Shown piece after piece: positions 18,711 through 27,783 of a DNA stretch of 64,000 bases. The position numbers were made by a program, and so were the translations under genes. The DNA lies in contig JAFZMV010000021.1 of NCBI GenBank assembly GCA_017553205.1, positions 6,571 to 70,570 on the forward strand, given 5' to 3'. This DNA comes from Selenomonadaceae bacterium (GTDB lineage: Bacteria; Bacillota; Negativicutes; Selenomonadales; Selenomonadaceae). The number at the start of each line of letters is the position of its first letter. The stretch's first letter is position 1. The notes beneath the pieces were generated by a model that had not been told where the DNA came from, ran no database searches, and saw only the letters and a program-made list of their open reading frames with translations.

Positions 18711-19677
18711 TTTGTGAACGTGCTTTTTCAGCAGTTTTCATGACGGCAAGAGAAGTTTCAAGACCTTTCTGCATTGCGGAAAAGTCTTTTTTATTGTAAA
18801 TTTCCGCAAATCTTTTAAATTCATGAGTCATTCGATGAGAAAATTTATTCAAAGAAATTTTTTCGACTTTATCTGAACCGCGAAGATTTATTTCAAAGCC
18901 CTGCAATTCGTTGGGCTTGCCGAGAGTCCTTATATATCCTTTTTCGCCTTGAATAATCGCATAACTTGGAGAGTCAGAATCTTTCGCGGCAACTGCGGAC
19001 GCAAAAAAATTTTTATACTTCATGACAACAATTCCCGAAGTATCTACGCCGTTAAAACCGATATTTGCTGTATAATTTACTTCGTCAGGTTCTCCGAAAA
19101 GTCCGACAATAAAATTTAAATTGTAAATATTTAAATCGTACAAAGCTCCGCCGAATTTTTTCGGATCGAAAGCGGGAGCAACTTCACCTTGCAAATATTT
19201 GTCGTAGCGGCTGGAGTATTGAGAAAAATTTGCCGTGACTGCACGAATTTTCCCAAGCTGAGGAAGTTTTTCCTTTATCGCTGAAAAGTTAGGCAAATTT
19301 AAAGTAGTTATCGCCTCGAACACATACAAATTTTTTTCTTCGGCTAAATTTTTTATTTCTTCGACTTCTTTTGAAGTTGTCGCGAAAGGTTTTTCAACTA
19401 TAACATTTTTTTCGGCGAGCAGGGCTTTTTTCGCGTATTCATAGTGAACGCTGTTAATTAAGCCGATATAGACAAAATTTATTTCTTCGTCTTTTAAAAG
19501 TTCGTCGTAGTCTGTATAAACTTTTTTGATTGAAAAATCTTCCGCGAGTTTTTCGGCTTTATCTTTGCTGTGAGGACGTGCAAAAATTGCCGTCTTAGAA
19601 ATTTCAGGAACTTCTTTGAGTGCGGGCAAAGCTCCTTCATTAACAATTAAACCTGTTCCGCAAATTGCAAGATTCAT
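18700..19677 (-). CDS. Gfo/Idh/MocA-family NAD(P)-dependent oxidoreductase
   Basis: N-terminal Rossmann motif MNLAICGTGLI and an EKP motif (VIVEKPFA). Start moved to ATG 19677 (GGAGGTG upstream). Confidence 0.8.
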   Translation of the reverse strand: MNLAICGTGLIVNEGALPALKEVPEISKTAIFARPHSKDKAEKLAEDFSIKKVYTDYDELLKDEEINFVYIGLINSVHYEYAKKALLAEKNVIVEKPFATTSKEVEEIKNLAEEKNLYVFEAITTLNLPNFSAIKEKLPQLGKIRAVTANFSQYSSRYDKYLQGEVAPAFDPKKFGGALYDLNIYNLNFIVGLFGEPDEVNYTANIGFNGVDTSGIVVMKYKNFFASAVAAKDSDSPSYAIIQGEKGYIRTLGKPNELQGFEINLRGSDKVEKISLNKFSHRMTHEFKRFAEIYNKKDFSAMQKGLETSLAVMKTAEKARSQIIS

Positions 19678-19743
19678 AAAAAAACACCTCCGCAAAATAA
19701 AAAGTGCAATGCTCAAAAAGAACATCGCACTTTTTACAATTTA

Positions 19744-20334
19744 TCAGTCGTCTAGAACGTACACAGTAACATTACGTCTGCCAAAATTCATTGCCTCAGA
19801 ATAACTTTCCATACAAAGATCTATTTTATATCCGCGAATTGCTCCGCCTGTATCAGCCGCGATCGCCTCGCCGTAGCCCGGAATATAAAGACGAGTTCCG
19901 AGAGGAATAACACTGGGATCGACCGCCGCAACTCCGTAAGCTGCACGCATACCGGTAGCAGTATAACCGCTTCCGCTTCCGTCTGTAGGAAGATATGCTG
20001 ACGCTTCCATCGACATCACACTTGCATAAGCAACTCTGCTTTCTTCTTCAACATCTTCAACTGCAGGCTCTTCAACGGTTTCAATTTCTGCCGCATTTTC
20101 GACAGGTTCACCCTTTTCTTCCTGCAAAGTATTTTCAATTTCAGATTTTTCTTCAACCTGTGTCGATTCTGAAGGTACTTGCTCCACCTCCAAAACTTGT
20201 GCAGTTTCTGCTGACTGAATTTCATCTGACTGGCTTGTAAAACCGGTATTCAGTGCCGCAAATCCTGCAAGCATCAGGCACAGTGCATATTTTTTTTCAT
20301 TCATGCCCAACTTCTTTACCATTCTACGCTTCAT
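19744..20334 (-). CDS. Secreted 3D-domain protein (cell-wall-associated, MltA/YabE-like C-terminal domain) with acidic linker
   Basis: C-terminal ..GVAAVDPSVIPLGTRLYIPGYGEAIAADTGGAIRGYKIDL.. is typical of the 3D domain. Signal-peptide-like N-terminus. Start uncertain (20334 or 20304). Confidence 0.7.
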   Translation of the reverse strand: MKRRMVKKLGMNEKKYALCLMLAGFAALNTGFTSQSDEIQSAETAQVLEVEQVPSESTQVEEKSEIENTLQEEKGEPVENAAEIETVEEPAVEDVEEESRVAYASVMSMEASAYLPTDGSGSGYTATGMRAAYGVAAVDPSVIPLGTRLYIPGYGEAIAADTGGAIRGYKIDLCMESYSEAMNFGRRNVTVYVLDD

Positions 20335-20540
20335 TATTCCGCTGCTGTTAAGTGCTGAGATATTTCTCAGTCTAACCCGGAGCAGCCTTCCCCCTTTCAA
20401 AACTTAAAGTTTTTCTTTTAACGCGGGAAATTATAATACTTAAAAGTGAAATTGTTATGAAAAAACGACAATTTTTACAATTTGATTTCATAAAAGGCGT
20501 AACAATGCCGATTCTTTCGGGCAAAAATTTTTTTGCAACA

Positions 20541-20577
20541 AAAAAGCAGACTCTTCAAATTGAATTGTCTGCTTTTT
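20541..20577 (-). terminator. Bidirectional hairpin terminator downstream of ftsZ
   Basis: AAAAA-gcagac..gtctgc-TTTTT. Confidence 0.55.
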
Positions 20578-20591
20578 CTGTCGTGAAAAAT

Positions 20592-21671
20592 TCAACTTCT
20601 TCTCATAAAAATCGGAATATCAATTCCCGTACTTGTTGAAATTTTTTTAGGTTCTATCGGTTCGGGCTGTTTAATCGTCTGCTTAACTACCTGCTCTGTA
20701 ACTTCCGCGAACTCGTCGCCGAATTTTGTAGCAATGATGGTAACTATAATTTTATCGCCGAGTTTTTCATCAATCGACGCACCGAAAATAATTTCTGCTT
20801 CAGGGTGGGCGGCTTCCTGAACAGTCATTGCAGCTTCATTGACTTCAAACATTGAAAGGGCATCAGTCGCTCCCATGACGTTCAGCAAAATTCCTCTTGC
20901 CCCCGAAACTCCTGTTTCAAGTAACGGAGAATCCATAGCCGCACGAACCGCATCAACTGCCGCATTACTTCCTGCTGCCTCACCGACTCCCATTAAAGCC
21001 GAGCCGGAATTACTCATAATAGTTTTAACGTCCGCAAAGTCAAGACTGATAAGTCCGGGAACTGCGATTAAATCTGAAATTCCCTGCACGCCTTGACGAA
21101 GAATATCATCAGCCAACAAAAATGCTTTAGTCATCGGAGTTTTTTTATCAACAACCTGCAAAAGTCTGTCATTGGGAATTGTGATAATTGAATCAACATT
21201 CTGCTTTAAATTCGCTATCCCCATATCAGCATTTCTTTTGCGTTTAGGACCTTCAAAAGTAAACGGGCGAGTAACAACTCCTACAGTTAATGCGTGAAGT
21301 TCTCTGGCACATTCCGCAACAATCGGAGCTGCCCCTGTACCTGTTCCGCCACCCATTCCCGCTGTAATAAAAATCATATCTGAATCAGTCAGAGCCTTTA
21401 CAATTTCTTCGCGACTTTCAATTGCTGCCTTTTGACCAACATCAGGACGAGCTCCCGCACCAAGTCCGCGAGTCAACTTCGCACCGATTTGAATTCTTTT
21501 GTTGGATTTTGACATGGAAAGTGCTTGAGCGTCAGTATTTATCGCGATAAATTCCACGCCCTTTAAACCTGATTCAATCATTCTGTTGACAGCATTACTG
21601 CCGCCGCCGCCTATGCCAACGACTTTTATTTTCGCAAAATTAGATAATTCAATGTCATCAAATTCTAACAT
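20592..21671 (-). CDS. ftsZ: Cell division GTPase FtsZ
   Basis: [17 protein letters not shown], tubulin signature [17 protein letters not shown]. Confidence 0.97.
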   Translation of the reverse strand: MLEFDDIELSNFAKIKVVGIGGGGSNAVNRMIESGLKGVEFIAINTDAQALSMSKSNKRIQIGAKLTRGLGAGARPDVGQKAAIESREEIVKALTDSDMIFITAGMGGGTGTGAAPIVAECARELHALTVGVVTRPFTFEGPKRKRNADMGIANLKQNVDSIITIPNDRLLQVVDKKTPMTKAFLLADDILRQGVQGISDLIAVPGLISLDFADVKTIMSNSGSALMGVGEAAGSNAAVDAVRAAMDSPLLETGVSGARGILLNVMGATDALSMFEVNEAAMTVQEAAHPEAEIIFGASIDEKLGDKIIVTIIATKFGDEFAEVTEQVVKQTIKQPEPIEPKKISTSTGIDIPIFMRRS

Positions 21672-21674
21672 ACC

Positions 21675-22250
21675 TCAATCCTCCGTTTGTTCTTGAATTT
21701 TTCGGATAACTTTACAGGGATTTCCAAAAGCCAAAACTCCTTCGGGAATATCTTTCGTCACTAGAGATTTTGCACCGATAACGGAATTACTTCCGATTTT
21801 TACGCCCGGCAACACTGTAACATCTCCGCCTAACCAAACATTATTTTCAATTATGATAGGTTTTGCAATTTCAAAGCCGGCATTTCTCTTTTCGACTTCC
21901 AAAGGGTGAATCGCCGTATAAAATCCGCAGTTCGGACCGACGAAACATTTTTTCCCGAAAATAATTTTTGCACAGTCCATTAAATAATTATTGTGATTAA
22001 AAAAACTTCCTTCACCGATTTCAATATTATAGCCGTAATCAACCATGAAGGACGGCAAAATTTCTATTTTTGAAACGTCTACATTTGGCAGAATTTTTTT
22101 CAAAAGTTCAAGTCTTTCAGAAGAATTTTTCGGGCTTGTGACATTAAATTTCATGCACAAATCTTTTGCAAAAATTCTTTCGTTGATTAGTTCTTCGTCA
22201 AAATTTGCGTCGTACCATTTGCCCGCCAGCATATCACTTTTTGCAGACAT
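21675..22250 (-). CDS. Maltose/galactoside O-acetyltransferase-like hexapeptide-repeat protein
   Basis: Mac N-terminal region (MLAGKWYDANFDEELI) plus left-handed beta-helix repeats (..VWLGGDVTVLPGVKIGSNSVIGAKSLV). Its stop lies 3 nt before the ftsZ start. Confidence 0.75.
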   Translation of the reverse strand: MSAKSDMLAGKWYDANFDEELINERIFAKDLCMKFNVTSPKNSSERLELLKKILPNVDVSKIEILPSFMVDYGYNIEIGEGSFFNHNNYLMDCAKIIFGKKCFVGPNCGFYTAIHPLEVEKRNAGFEIAKPIIIENNVWLGGDVTVLPGVKIGSNSVIGAKSLVTKDIPEGVLAFGNPCKVIRKIQEQTED

Positions 22251-22269
22251 TTTTATTTCCCCTGTCTAT

Positions 22270-23058
22270 TCAAAAATTTTTCTTAAACACGAAAATGTAC
22301 TCGTGCTTGAAAATATAGAAGTCGTTTTTTAATGCTCGATACCGCCAAAGATTTTGATGATTGTTTTTGCCCTTTGTTTCTCCAAAATTTTTTACGATGA
22401 CAGCTTTCAGCAAAAAATTTTTCTCCATGAAAAGTTCCATGCAGTAAAATCCAAGCGGAATAACTCGGCTGTCAGAGTACTTATCTCCGATAACGCAGGC
22501 ACAGTAACGATTTTTTTCTAAAAATCTCGTCGTGTTGTCAATAATTTTGCCGAATGAGTTTTTAAAATCCTCAAGGTTCGTGCAGTTCGATAAGTCTTGA
22601 GGATTATCGGAAAATTTTATTATGTCCCAGTACGGCGGGTGAAAAATCACGAATTGAAAATTTTTTATCCCTGCAGAATTCATAACAGATTTTATATCAA
22701 CTGTTCCGCTGTCCCCGCAAATCGAAATTATTTTCGACTCGGAATTTTCTTCAAGAGAAATTCTCTGCATGGTTTCTTCAAGAACTTTCTGCTGTAATTC
22801 AATACCGACAGCATTTCTTTTCATTCTTTGAGCCTCAATCAGTGAGGTTCCGCTACCCATGAACGGATCTAAAATCCAATCATTTTTTTTTGTGTAGCGT
22901 GTGAAAAGTTGATGAGGTATCTGCGGGACAAAATTTCCGTGATAATCTCCGACATGTACGCCTGAATTATCTCTCTTATCAATCAGCCATAAAGAGCCGG
23001 TTTCGACATCTGAATAATCTCTCCAAAGTTTTTCATCAATGTCGTTAAACTTCGGCAT
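22270..23058 (-). CDS. Solitary N6-adenine/N4-cytosine-type DNA methyltransferase (motif I before motif IV)
   Basis: ..FVPQIPHQLFTRYTKKNDWILDPFMGSGTSLIEA (AdoMet motif) followed about 75 aa later by FVIFHPPYWD ((D/N/S/H)PPY-like). No nuclease gene adjacent. Confidence 0.65.
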   Translation of the reverse strand: MPKFNDIDEKLWRDYSDVETGSLWLIDKRDNSGVHVGDYHGNFVPQIPHQLFTRYTKKNDWILDPFMGSGTSLIEAQRMKRNAVGIELQQKVLEETMQRISLEENSESKIISICGDSGTVDIKSVMNSAGIKNFQFVIFHPPYWDIIKFSDNPQDLSNCTNLEDFKNSFGKIIDNTTRFLEKNRYCACVIGDKYSDSRVIPLGFYCMELFMEKNFLLKAVIVKNFGETKGKNNHQNLWRYRALKNDFYIFKHEYIFVFKKNF

Positions 23059-23127
23059 GACATTCCCCCGATTTTAATTTTGAAAACTTTTTGCATTTTA
23101 ATAGATTGTTACATTCAAGTCAAATTT

Positions 23128-24183
23128 TTAGTCAGTGCTGTAACTGACAATAGAAAAATTCTTGCTTTGATTCAAATTTATTTCTCTGCCGTCTTCTGTA
23201 ACTATTATCGGCATGGCAGAAAAATCTTTCGGGTAAAAAACGACTCGTCCTTTTTCTCCATTTGATAAAGTTACAGTCGAACCGATTAAACTGTCTTTAA
23301 TTCTCGTTAAAAGCGGAACACAAACAGCAGGATCAAAAACTGCATAAACTTCACTCGTCAAAAATTTAATTGCGTCGAAGGGAGTTTTTTTGGTTTCTCC
23401 TTCATACTCTGCAGTCAGATTGTCATAAGCATCGGCAACCGCCACGATTCTTGCGAAGGGGTGAATTTTTTCTCCGCTTAAACCTTTTGAAAATCCTCCA
23501 CCGTTCATTTGCTCGTGATGACATTGCACTACAGTGGGAACAGGTTCATCGAATCCCAAATTTTTTACGAGATTATAACCTTTTTTGACATGACCTCTAT
23601 AAGTTTCAAGTTCTGCGGGAGTCATTTTTTCCGGACGTTTAATAATAAGTTCTTCAGGAAAATTATTTTTGCCCACGTCATGCAAAAATGCGGCGGTAAC
23701 AATCGTGCGAATTTCTTCCCACTTATAATGCATCCACTTTGCAATAATTCCCGAAAAAATTGCCACACGTTCAGAGTGCAGAGCCAAAGTTGTATTCATA
23801 TGTGCAAGGCTGAAAAGATAATTTATCGACGCATGATTGTCCGCCATCGGCAAAATTTGTGCGGCAAGTTTGGCAGTGGTTTTTCTTGCGGATGTACCGT
23901 CTTTAAGTTCCTGAAAAATTTGATCGGCAAGTTTAGAAACTTTTTCAAAGTCATGAGTAAATGCAGAATCTTTTTTGACAACTGCCGCCGCCTGCTGGAA
24001 ATTTTTGCTCAAGTCAAATTCATCTTTTATAAATACGGCGGGAATTTCCAATTTTTTCAGACGCTCAATATGTTGATCCGTCAATATTGTATTCTCCGAA
24101 AGGACAACTACAAATTTATCATTTGTAACCGTCCTCGCCAAAACCATGTCCGTTTTAAGTTCTTCAACTGAAACTGCTTTCAC
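23128..24183 (-). CDS. HD-GYP-family domain protein with degenerate GYP motif
   Basis: FLHDVGK and HHEQMNGGGFSKGLSGEKIHPFARIVAVADAYDNLTA, compared with consensus HHExxDGxGYPxGL..ARI..ADxFDALT. Confidence 0.75.
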   Translation of the reverse strand: MKAVSVEELKTDMVLARTVTNDKFVVVLSENTILTDQHIERLKKLEIPAVFIKDEFDLSKNFQQAAAVVKKDSAFTHDFEKVSKLADQIFQELKDGTSARKTTAKLAAQILPMADNHASINYLFSLAHMNTTLALHSERVAIFSGIIAKWMHYKWEEIRTIVTAAFLHDVGKNNFPEELIIKRPEKMTPAELETYRGHVKKGYNLVKNLGFDEPVPTVVQCHHEQMNGGGFSKGLSGEKIHPFARIVAVADAYDNLTAEYEGETKKTPFDAIKFLTSEVYAVFDPAVCVPLLTRIKDSLIGSTVTLSNGEKGRVVFYPKDFSAMPIIVTEDGREINLNQSKNFSIVSYSTD

Positions 24184-24316
24184 TCAAAATACCTCCTTCA
24201 AAAGTGCGAAATTACAGAGCAAAAAATTTTTTCAAACTCTCAAAAACTTGCATTGAAATATTTAATACAGTATAATTCAACGGCTCAAAAAACACAATGA
24301 AAGGAAGAGTAATTCG

Positions 24317-25126
24317 ATGAAAAAAATTTTTCTGGCGATGACTCTAGTACTTACGATGTTATTTACAGGCTGCGGAGGAGATCAGCCGAAAGACAATGCA
24401 GGCGGAAAAGACACGAAAAAAATTGTTATCGGTCTTGATGATGAATATCCGCCGATGGGTTTCAAAAATGAAAAAAATGAAATTGTCGGTTTTGATGTAG
24501 ATTTGGCAAAAGAAACTGCAAAAAAACTCGGTGCTGAAGTTGAATTCAAAGGAATTGACTGGAGCAGTAAAGAGGCTGAATTAAAATCCGGTCGCGTTGA
24601 TATTCTCTGGAACGGTTTGGATATTACTCCCGAACGTAAAGAAAATATGTTGTTCAGCGATCCTTACATGGACAACAGACAAGTTGTTTTCGTTCGTAAA
24701 GGTTCTGACTTGAAAATTTCTGCAGAGGCTGATCTTGCCGGAAAAAATATAGGAACTCAGGCGGCATCTACTGCTGAAGATTATGTCAACAAAAATGAAA
24801 ATCTCAAAAATTCTTTCAAAGAATTTAAAACTTACGGCGATTACATGGCGGCTTTCATGGATTTGGAAAATGGAAGAATGGACGCTGTAATTTGTGATGA
24901 GATTGTCGGACGTTATTACATGTCAAAACACCCTGAAACTTTAGAAGCTCTTGACGTTACTGTCGGTCCCGTAAGTGAATTCGGAATTGCCTTTGCAAAA
25001 GAAAATACCGAACTTCGCGACAAAGTACAGAAAGCATTTGACGAAATTGTTGCTGACGGAACTGCAAAGAAAATTTCTGAAAAGTGGTTCGAGGCAGATT
25101 TAATCAAGTCTAAAGAGAAGAAATAA
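24317..25126 (+). CDS. Amino-acid ABC transporter substrate-binding lipoprotein (family 3)
   Basis: Lipobox LFTGC and SBP_bac_3 pattern (IVIGLDDEYPPMGF..GFDVDLAKE..DILWNGLDITPER). Confidence 0.85.
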   Translation: MKKIFLAMTLVLTMLFTGCGGDQPKDNAGGKDTKKIVIGLDDEYPPMGFKNEKNEIVGFDVDLAKETAKKLGAEVEFKGIDWSSKEAELKSGRVDILWNGLDITPERKENMLFSDPYMDNRQVVFVRKGSDLKISAEADLAGKNIGTQAASTAEDYVNKNENLKNSFKEFKTYGDYMAAFMDLENGRMDAVICDEIVGRYYMSKHPETLEALDVTVGPVSEFGIAFAKENTELRDKVQKAFDEIVADGTAKKISEKWFEADLIKSKEKK

Positions 25127-25137
25127 TTTTCAGCGTA

Positions 25138-25782
25138 ATGGATAAATTTTTTAATATGACGCTCCTTATTATGGAGGGAGCGGAAGTCACGCTGACAATT
25201 TTTGTCATAACTTTATTATTGAGTCTGCCGCTTGGCGGAATGGCGGCGTTGGGAAGAATTTCAACATTTGCACCGCTGAAATATTTAATGGAGTTCTATG
25301 TATGGATAATGCGGGGAACTCCTTTAATGTTGCAGTTGTTATTTGTTTATTTCGCACTTCCTATGGTCGGAATAAAACTTCCCGATGTTGCGGCGGCTCT
25401 TCTTGCATTCACGCTGAATTATGCGGCGTACTTTGCAGAAATTTTTCGTGCAGGTATTCAGGCAATTCCTCGCGGACAGTATGAAGCGTCAATGGCTCTG
25501 GGCTTAACACATTGGCAGATGATGCGTCATATAATTTTCCCGCAGGTTTTAAGAGTAGTTCTCCCGCCGATTTCCAACGAAACAATAAATCTTGTCAAAG
25601 ATACTTCGTTGATTTATATTTTGGCGATGAATGACTTGTTAAGAGTTGCAAGAACTATTGTTCAGCGGGAATTTGACATGACACCTTTTGTAATTGCGGG
25701 AATTTTCTACTTGGCAATGACTGCAATTTTAACTTGGGGATTTAAAAAACTGGAGCAACGTTACGGCTCATATGAAACCTAA
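25138..25782 (+). CDS. Amino-acid ABC transporter permease (His/Glu/Gln/Arg/opine family)
   Basis: EAA-loop region AEIFRAGIQAIPRGQYEASMALGL; about 5 TM segments. No ATPase gene follows. Confidence 0.85.
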   Translation: MDKFFNMTLLIMEGAEVTLTIFVITLLLSLPLGGMAALGRISTFAPLKYLMEFYVWIMRGTPLMLQLLFVYFALPMVGIKLPDVAAALLAFTLNYAAYFAEIFRAGIQAIPRGQYEASMALGLTHWQMMRHIIFPQVLRVVLPPISNETINLVKDTSLIYILAMNDLLRVARTIVQREFDMTPFVIAGIFYLAMTAILTWGFKKLEQRYGSYET

Positions 25783-25787
25783 AATAA

Positions 25788-25904
25788 TTTGGAATTTGGA
25801 ATTAGGAATGTGGAACTGAAATAATGAGGAATGAGGAATTAGGAATGTGGAATTAAAATTTCTAACTCCTAACTCCTAATTCCTCATTAAACAAGCTCCT
25901 CATT
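25788..25904. repeat. GGAA-heptad palindromic intergenic element, copy 1 (both arms)
   Basis: Tandem 7-nt units tttggaa tttggaa ttaggaa tgtggaa .. tgaggaa tgaggaa ttaggaa tgtggaa. Then ttaaaattt, then complementary units ctaactc ctaactc ctaattc ctcatt. Confidence 0.8.
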
Positions 25905-25926
25905 AAAACAAGGGGGAGGCTTTTAG

Positions 25927-27174
25927 ATGACAAGAAAATTTCTGCTGAGTCTCCTTCTTTTTTTATTGGGGATTTCAGCTTTTAAAATAAGTTATGCGGC
26001 TACTTTGGAAAATGTTCGATACAGTTACGGCTCTGGCACTGTAAGAATAGTTTTGGACTTGACTGATAAAACTGATTTTGAAGAATCGACTGCAGAAAAT
26101 CCTTCGCGTTCGATTATCGACTTGCAAAATACAAGAGTCGCTCCAAATCTTCATAATTACTCCGCAGAATTAAATTCTACTGCCGCAAAAAAAATTCGCG
26201 TCGCTCAATTCAATTCAAATACCACAAGAATTGTTATCGAAACGATGGCAGCGGTAAATATTTTCAAACTCAACAACGGTCCGAGCGGTTACAGAATTGT
26301 TATTGATGTGGGAAATGCGGCTTTTAAAGAAAATCCTGAACTAAATAAACCGAAAGAACCCGAAATAAAAATTGAAACTCCCAAAGAAGAAAAAGAACTC
26401 AAGGACGATAAAAAATCTAAGGAAGATAAAAAATCTAAAGACGACAAAAAATCTAAAGACGACAAAAAGTCTAAAGACGACAAAAAATCCAAAGACGATA
26501 AAAAATCCAAAGATGACAGAAAATCTAAGGACGATAAAAAATCTAAAGATGACGAGCCGAAAAATATTGAAGATGATTTGAAAGAATTAACCGGTTTAGA
26601 CGGAAAAACTATCGTCATAGATCCGGGACATGGCGGAGGAGATGCGGGAGCAATCGGACCGACAGGAGTTATGGAAAAATCTGTGACTCTTCGTGTTTCC
26701 CTTGAACTTGAAAAACTTTTGAAAGCAGAGGGAGCAAATGTTATAATGACCCGCAGAACCGATAAACCTGTTTCGCCCAGAGGAGATTCAGCATCTGCTA
26801 TCGAAGAACTTCAGGCACGTTGTGATGTTGCCAATAGGTTGAAAGCTGACATTTTCATTTCGATTCACGCTGACAGCTTTACAAATCCTGACGCGAGAGG
26901 TTCAACCGGTTATTATTACGAGAAAAGCACAAGTCCCGACGGGAGAAGGCTTGCCGATGCAATTAGACGCGGTCTTTGCGAACAGATACAAACACCGAGC
27001 AGAGGAACTAAGCCATGCAATTTCTATGTAGTTCGCCATACTGATATGCCTGCCACTCTTTTGGAACTTGCGTTTATTTCAAATCCTGAAGAAGAAAAAA
27101 TTCTTGACTCCGAAGAGGGAATAAAAAAAGCCGCACAAGGTATTTTGGACGGCATTGAAGATTATTTCGGATAA
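25927..27174 (+). CDS. N-acetylmuramoyl-L-alanine amidase (Amidase_3) with N-terminal AMIN domain and K/D-rich repeat linker
   Basis: Signal peptide; AMIN-like TVRIVLDL..; catalytic IVIDPGHGGGDAGAIG..SIHADS. GGGGGAGG lies upstream. Confidence 0.85.
   Translation: MTRKFLLSLLLFLLGISAFKISYAATLENVRYSYGSGTVRIVLDLTDKTDFEESTAENPSRSIIDLQNTRVAPNLHNYSAELNSTAAKKIRVAQFNSNTTRIVIETMAAVNIFKLNNGPSGYRIVIDVGNAAFKENPELNKPKEPEIKIETPKEEKELKDDKKSKEDKKSKDDKKSKDDKKSKDDKKSKDDKKSKDDRKSKDDKKSKDDEPKNIEDDLKELTGLDGKTIVIDPGHGGGDAGAIGPTGVMEKSVTLRVSLELEKLLKAEGANVIMTRRTDKPVSPRGDSASAIEELQARCDVANRLKADIFISIHADSFTNPDARGSTGYYYEKSTSPDGRRLADAIRRGLCEQIQTPSRGTKPCNFYVVRHTDMPATLLELAFISNPEEEKILDSEEGIKKAAQGILDGIEDYFG
26407..26550 (+). 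repeat. In-frame 18-nt tandem repeat (8 units, DKKSK[D/E]) inside the amidase gene
   Basis: gat aaa aaa tct aa[g/a] ga[a/c] repeated eight times with silent or conservative variation. Confidence 0.9.
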
Positions 27175-27218
27175 ATTTTTATCAACTAAATTTTTTTAAA
27201 CAAAGGGAGGTTTTCGGT

Positions 27219-27680
27219 ATGAAAAAGTTTTTTTCCGCGATGTTTCTGGCATTTGTCATGATAATTTCAACAGCGGCTGTTGAGGCGGCAGATGTCCCGG
27301 ACTTTGCAAACTTCGGAAGAGGTTATCTTGGTTACAGCGGTGCAGAAACTTCTACAAAAGGTTACACTGCCTACACCTACACCTGCAACATTGAAAATGA
27401 AACGGGCATGGCGGAAGAGTTCGTAAGAAATGTAATTGCCGCTTATCCTTTTAAACTTGCAGGTCATTACACTCAGGATTACACACAAAATTCAAACACG
27501 AGCTGGGAACATTGGTATTTCACTTACAAAGGAAATAAATATGTTGCACCGTTCCAGAGAAGTTACCGCGAAATTTATTCCTGTCATCTTGAAATAAGCA
27601 GATACCGCAACGGGCAAACAGGAGTTTCACATTTTACTATCCGTGTTGCTGACGGTCTTTCTTATGACGGCGGTTATTGA
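27219..27680 (+). CDS. Hypothetical secreted protein (153 aa)
   Basis: Signal peptide MKKFFSAMFLAFVMIISTAAVEA. GGGAGG upstream. No family recognised. Confidence 0.55.
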   Translation: MKKFFSAMFLAFVMIISTAAVEAADVPDFANFGRGYLGYSGAETSTKGYTAYTYTCNIENETGMAEEFVRNVIAAYPFKLAGHYTQDYTQNSNTSWEHWYFTYKGNKYVAPFQRSYREIYSCHLEISRYRNGQTGVSHFTIRVADGLSYDGGY

Positions 27681-27745
27681 GAAGATACAATTTCTGAACA
27701 AAATTTTTTTGCCTGACCTTTGAAAAATTTTTTCAAGGGTTTTTT

Positions 27746-27756
27746 TGTGTTATAAT
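27746..27756 (+). promoter_or_regulatory. Extended -10 promoter element (TGTGTTATAAT) upstream of rlmD
   Basis: TGnTATAAT about 28 nt before the ATG. The same TTTTTGTGTTATAAT string recurs upstream of polC. Confidence 0.5.
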
Positions 27757-27783
27757 CTGAAAAATTTTTTTGGGAGTCTTTTT

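Noticed and set aside
23509-24171. 220-aa plus-strand ORF overlapping the HD-GYP gene.
   Set aside because: Antisense shadow ORF with a Cys/Phe/Arg-rich nonsense-like composition. The opposite strand carries clear HD-GYP motifs.
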